A DNA stretch of 64,000 nucleotides from Nemertoderma westbladi (lineage: Eukaryota; Animalia; Xenacoelomorpha), in assembly GCA_032718475.1 (NCBI GenBank), contig JAUCBJ010006711.1, positions 124,001 through 188,000 on the forward strand, written 5' to 3'. This document shows positions 59,706 through 64,000 of this stretch, piece by piece. The notes under the pieces are model-generated. The model had not been told where the DNA came from. It saw only the letters and a program-made list of their open reading frames with translations, and did no database searches. Both the position numbers and the translations under genes were made by a program. Numbering within the stretch: the stretch's first letter is position 1; every line of letters starts with the position of its first letter.

Positions 59706-61370
59706 TGATAAACAACCACGACCTCTATACTAACAGCAGAACTGTTGAACAGACCAATACCCGTTAATATCCTTCTGCCAACCTAATAAGTTCTCGTCTA
59801 ACCAATAAGACACAAAGACTGCTCTACTGTTAAGTAAAGGGGCTCAGGAGCGTGATATTACTAAATTGTAAGGGTTGCTAAATACAAAACCGCTACTTAC
59901 CGTTAGATGGCGCTAATCTGCCGTCCGCTAATATATTTACTAATTTTACACAACTCCTGCAAAATCGCTTGTTCCTTTCTCTACCGATTGCTCAATAGAG
60001 AGCTAACTGTTCGAATCTATGAGCCACACAGGAATAACCAAAACAATAAACCCGAGTCGGCTCCCTAAGCTTACTTAAGACGAGTGCGAGAGGCCTTGCA
60101 CTCAGAGTATTCTTACGCCTAATTCTATCACTATTAAAGCACGCTATTACCTACGTCTTTTCTAATCGCGAATACTGGGGGTTCTCTAACGTAATGTGTG
60201 AATGCGAGAATATTTAAAATATCAAAAATGGTACAGTAATTGTCTCTCGTGGATAGTACCACTCTGGGTCTAAAATTGCCTGCAGCTGGCTTTAGGCCAG
60301 CAAATCACTAGCGTTTCGTGCGTACCGAATAGTGCGTTCTAGCTGATTGTCCGCTAATGCAAATAACCGCTCAGCGTGAATAGTTTACAGTACTCTAATT
60401 ATTACTTTAGCTACTCTCCGCTATGCTGCGTACTAATTCTTAATTTTACTAATCAATTACAGTCACAAATATTTAACAGCGTACTAATTACTAAGAGTTC
60501 CAGAATACGTGATTCTAATTTATCACGCAACAGGTTTCGCTAGTAATAGCCTAAATTGCCGTATTACTTTGACCTAATCAGTAACTAATTGTTGTAACTA
60601 AGAAATAGAAATCAATCAAAGAGAAAAGAGCGCCTACCTAAACATTCACAATCATAGGCACACTTCAGTAACACACCAATCAGCGTCAGCAATCACAGTT
60701 CGCAATTATGCAGTTAACTACTGTATAGCCCACAATTATGCGACTCACTATTCGTACTACACGCTCAACGTTCGAAACGTTGTGATACGTGCAGGCCTCT
60801 CCCGGGTACATATAGGACTCCTAACTAACCTGATTCCCGCCCCCCTAATACTAAATAGAGACGAAACCTGGATCATCAGCCCCCTAATTACCGTACCGGC
60901 GATTGGTCTGCGTACCACAGCGTTAACTTCCCGACCGCAACGGTGACCCCACGCCAGCGTTGCTCGCTTTGAATCCTCCGCTCTCCCTTAGTCGCCCAAC
61001 CCCCCGATGTGCCCACCGCCCGCTGGCGCCTTAGCCCTCCATTACGCTAATAGCTACCGTAGCGGCGCATGCAAATCACAAAGTCTGACAGTCTCAGAAA
61101 TCCCTTAGGATTATTGCGCAGGAAAGAATCACATAGAACCATTAATCAAAAGTAGAAATCATAGTTCAGTTGTAATTAGCAGTAATCGAAGGAATTAATT
61201 GAGAAACACAAGCAAGAGTAATCGCACTAGCAAATCATTTCAAGAAATTAATCAAATTGCAAAAATACTCTAAAATCCGTCAAAATTGAATAGAGACAGC
61301 TCAGCAAGTACAACAGCAGTGAAGGTTGAATCGATCGATAGGCTCTACCGGCACACCGCCAATTTATAGG
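59706..61370 (-). repeat. 5' LTR of BEL-B, truncated at its outer end
   Basis: Direct repeat of 42791-44455 (offset 16915); outer end lacks the TG/CA terminus and a TSD. Confidence 0.9.
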
Positions 61371-61529
61371 GGCACCTTAGTGGAGTTAGAGAAGAGTTTA
61401 GTCATCCAAGATTTGGACTGAGGACGGTGGGATTGAGACGCCCTTCCCACACAAAAAATTTAAAATAAAAAAAAAAATAAAATAATAGTACATAATAGGT
61501 ACGCAGTTAGTAGGCAGAAGTTAGCCAGT

Positions 61530-61905
61530 AAGAGGTACGTAGTACCTAGAGTTAGTTAGTTAAGAGGTACGTAGTACCTAGAGTTAGTTAGTTAGTTAGG
61601 AGGTACGAGAGAGTTAGAGGGTACGTAGTACCGTTAGTTAGAGAGTTAGAGGGTACATAGTACCGTTAGTTAGAGAGTTAGAGGGTACGTAGTACCATTA
61701 GTTGGAGAGTTAGAGGGTACGTAGTACCGTTAGTTAGAGAGTTAGAGGGTACGTAGTACCGTTAGTTAGAGAGTTAGAGGGTACGTAGTACCATTAGTTA
61801 GAGAGTTAGAGGGTACGTAGTACCGTTAGTTAGAGAGTTAGAGGGTACATAGTACCGTTAGTTAGAGAAGAGTTAGAGTTAGAGGGTACGTAGTACCATT
61901 AGTAA
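61530..61905. repeat. 32-bp minisatellite (~8 core + ~3 variant units)
   Basis: Unit GAGAGTTAGAGGGTACGTAGTACCGTTAGTTA (e.g. 61641, 61673) with internal dyad GGTAC-GTA-GTACC. Confidence 0.95.
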
Positions 61906-62390
61906 GAGAGAGAGTAAGAGGTAGAAGGGTATATACGATATAGATATTAGTTACCAGTTAGTAGTGAGAGGGGGGCATATGAGTACAGCTGGGTAAATTG
62001 TGTGGCCACGCGATGCATACTGCTGTACTGTACAGGCCCACAGAGTAGGCCAGAATGTGGATTAGAGAATAGAATAATCCATAGGCAATAGTAAGTAGTA
62101 GGACAGTAGAATTAAAACTAAACTAAAATAAATAGAATAGGGCTGAAAGTTACAAATTATGGCAACACTAGGAAAGTTATTCTGGAACATAATAAAAGTA
62201 ACTGACAGAAATTAAAATTAGGGTGTATTTACTAGCTTCAGAATTAATTAGTAATAATTTAGGCAAAAAGGGCGCAGTTGAGTAAGGAATAGGCCATTAT
62301 CGGACCGTACAGAACATCTTAGATACATCACTCATCTGTATTGCGCCTTGGTAAGGCACCACCTTACAGATGAGCAAGTGAGTGTTCGGA

Positions 62391-64000
62391 ATGGCGAGCA
62401 AATTGATCAGAAAGAGAAAGGCGGAGTCAGGAGGAAAGGAGATACTGGTGGATTTCACCGAGAGGCATCCGGAAGAGAAGATTAGAGGATACTACGAGAG
62501 GTTGGAAAGGGGTCACGCGGCACGAGCGCTGCAGGATCACTTCCAGGAGATGCACGAACAGCGGCTGGTCGGGACCTACGGGATGCCGTCGCTGGACAAT
62601 GCGATCTTCCAACACTTCCACTACGTGGTGAAAGGGGACGAGGCGAAGTTCGGGATTCCGAAGTACCTGAGGGAATCACCGAGGAAGGATTGGAAGAGAT
62701 TCATAGAGTCCGTCAACAGGGGAGGATACATGATCCTAGACGACGAGGGAACCGTGGAAGACGAGGAGGGTTCGAGACGAGGATCGGCGGGGTCGGCCAG
62801 GACCATACTCCTACATTTGGCCGCGCCAAATGGGGACATCTTCTTATTCGATCTAGGAACGTACAGGAAGAAGGACGGGCCGAAATTAAACCGGTTGCCG
62901 AAAGCGGTACAAGTCTTGGTAAGAGAGAAGTCGACGACGAAAGTAGGATCGGCGATTCACGAGGACGCAGAGAGAATCATCGGTCCGGACGCCACCAACC
63001 TCCTGGATATGCAGAAGGTCTTCATGGCTATGACGGCACCGGATGGGTTGGGGGTAGTCGGAAACACAGGCCAATGCGGGGTGGTGGCAATGGGCCAACT
63101 ATTGGGGCTCGTATGCCACAAACCGATGGACTGGGGGAAGTTCAGGGAAGAATACGGAGCAGAACTAGTGAACTCGCTAAAGTGGGGAGCGAGACCGGGA
63201 AAGCAAGAGGTATATCAATTCCGCAGAGGAGCGATAAAGGTATATCAGAAGCGATATATCCTGCAGGAAGATTGGATGATGATAAGTTTGCTAAACTTAT
63301 TTTTGACCGTGGTTATCGAGAGGGAACCAGCGGCATTTCTGTTATCGGGATCACCCCTAAGCTACAGGAGAGCCTTTAAAATGGCCTTCGACGGTCTGGT
63401 AGACCACCCGGGGCTGAAGGGCGAGTCGGTATACTACAACAGCCGACATCTGGTAGACGGGGAGACAGATACGCCGTATCAGAGATGGGAGCAGCTAGTG
63501 ACGGATAGACGAGAAGCAAAGCGACTGGAAGAAGTCGCTAGACGGGAGAGGATAGAAGCAGAGGAGAGGGAAGAAGAGGCCAGGACGCAGAGTTACGGCT
63601 TCGAGGAACAGGCAGGCTTAGACGAACTTCATTGGACTTCATCAGGGAGTTCGGGGGAGTCTCTAGGGCGAGAATTGGGATGGACAGTGGGATCGCCGAA
63701 ACAGTCAACGTCGGGGTTGCAAGCGATGCCCATACCAGCGGGGGCCGAAGGTGACCAACCGCCAAGGAAGTTAAGGGAGCTAGAGGGATGGAGAGCTACG
63801 GGCGAGAGCCAAGGCGGGAAGGGACATAGTGGATCCATCGGGATACCGGGGTTGGAGCCACTGCCAGAGGAGGAGGAGGATGACGACGAGTTCGGAGGGG
63901 TGCCGCCCATCGAGAGGATTGGCCACTCGGACACGGACTGGGTTGGCGGGAGGGTGGTGACGGCCAGTGGGGCGAGGGCCTTCTGGAACAGATCCGGCAA
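62391..64000 (+). CDS. Extra ORF with DEDDy-type 3'-5' exonuclease domain, >536 aa, runs off the window (absent from ORF track)
   Basis: Manual translation from ATG 62391 is open to the end: MASKLIRKRK...YMILDDEG...LLHLAAPNGDIFLFDL...LPKAVQVLVREKSTTKVGSAIHED...LLDMQKV...GVVAMGQLL...YQKRYILQE. Confidence 0.82.
   Translation, partial: MASKLIRKRKAESGGKEILVDFTERHPEEKIRGYYERLERGHAARALQDHFQEMHEQRLVGTYGMPSLDNAIFQHFHYVVKGDEAKFGIPKYLRESPRKDWKRFIESVNRGGYMILDDEGTVEDEEGSRRGSAGSARTILLHLAAPNGDIFLFDLGTYRKKDGPKLNRLPKAVQVLVREKSTTKVGSAIHEDAERIIGPDATNLLDMQKVFMAMTAPDGLGVVGNTGQCGVVAMGQLLGLVCHKPMDWGKFREEYGAELVNSLKWGARPGKQEVYQFRRGAIKVYQKRYILQEDWMMISLLNLFLTVVIEREPAAFLLSGSPLSYRRAFKMAFDGLVDHPGLKGESVYYNSRHLVDGETDTPYQRWEQLVTDRREAKRLEEVARRERIEAEEREEEARTQSYGFEEQAGLDELHWTSSGSSGESLGRELGWTVGSPKQSTSGLQAMPIPAGAEGDQPPRKLRELEGWRATGESQGGKGHSGSIGIPGLEPLPEEEEDDDEFGGVPPIERIGHSDTDWVGGRVVTASGARAFWNRSG

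Larger units (their letters stand above)
42791..61370 (-). mobile_element. BEL/Pao LTR retrotransposon BEL-B (~18.6 kb) nested in BEL-A, carrying an extra ORF
   Basis: 1665-bp direct repeats at both ends; gag-PR-RT-RH-IN order with Pao motifs; 1142-aa ORF after pol. Confidence 0.95.
61371..64000 (+). mobile_element. Probable 3' part of BEL-A copy 2 (pol tail, spacer, extra ORF)
   Basis: 61371-61421 reads GTLVELEKSLVIQDLD*, resembling the end of a BEL polyprotein (BEL-B: QDIVLLEETRIE). Same strand and purine-rich bias as BEL-A. Followed by an ORF homologous to the BEL-B extra ORF. Confidence 0.65.

Noticed and set aside
61530-61905. CRISPR-like or telomeric array
   Set aside because: Units are head-to-tail with no unique spacers, there are no cas genes, and there are no true (TTAGG)n or (TTAGGG)n runs.
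62690-63379. 229-aa plus-strand ORF in the track
   Set aside because: Alternative frame of the longer exonuclease ORF starting at 62391.

Overview
Eukaryotic heterochromatin-like window with no host gene. Bases 1-35355 are an AT-rich tandem satellite (~410-416 bp monomer, ~68 copies, two interleaved subtypes, local higher-order repeats). It is interrupted by a 2.18-kb non-autonomous DNA transposon (13-bp TIR, CCC..GGG ends, TT duplication; 4610-6788) and by a 3'-truncated BEL/Pao LTR retrotransposon ('BEL-A', 16396-21161). A second BEL-A copy starts at the identical satellite position (35356). It is split at 42791 by a different, recent, minus-strand BEL/Pao element ('BEL-B', 42791-61370) and appears to resume at 61371. 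Main observations: (1) both divergent BEL families carry, downstream of pol where env would sit, a homologous extra ORF with a WRN/EXD/Mut-7-type DEDDy 3'-5' exonuclease domain and a shared YxxxE ExoIII variant; BEL-B adds three CCHC knuckles, and the BEL-A ORF is missing from the supplied track. (2) BEL-B carries 8 dispersed copies of an 18-bp quasi-palindrome read in different frames. (3) The DNA transposon contains a ~74% identical copy of the satellite core next to which it inserted. All domain calls come from motifs read by eye, not from database searches.
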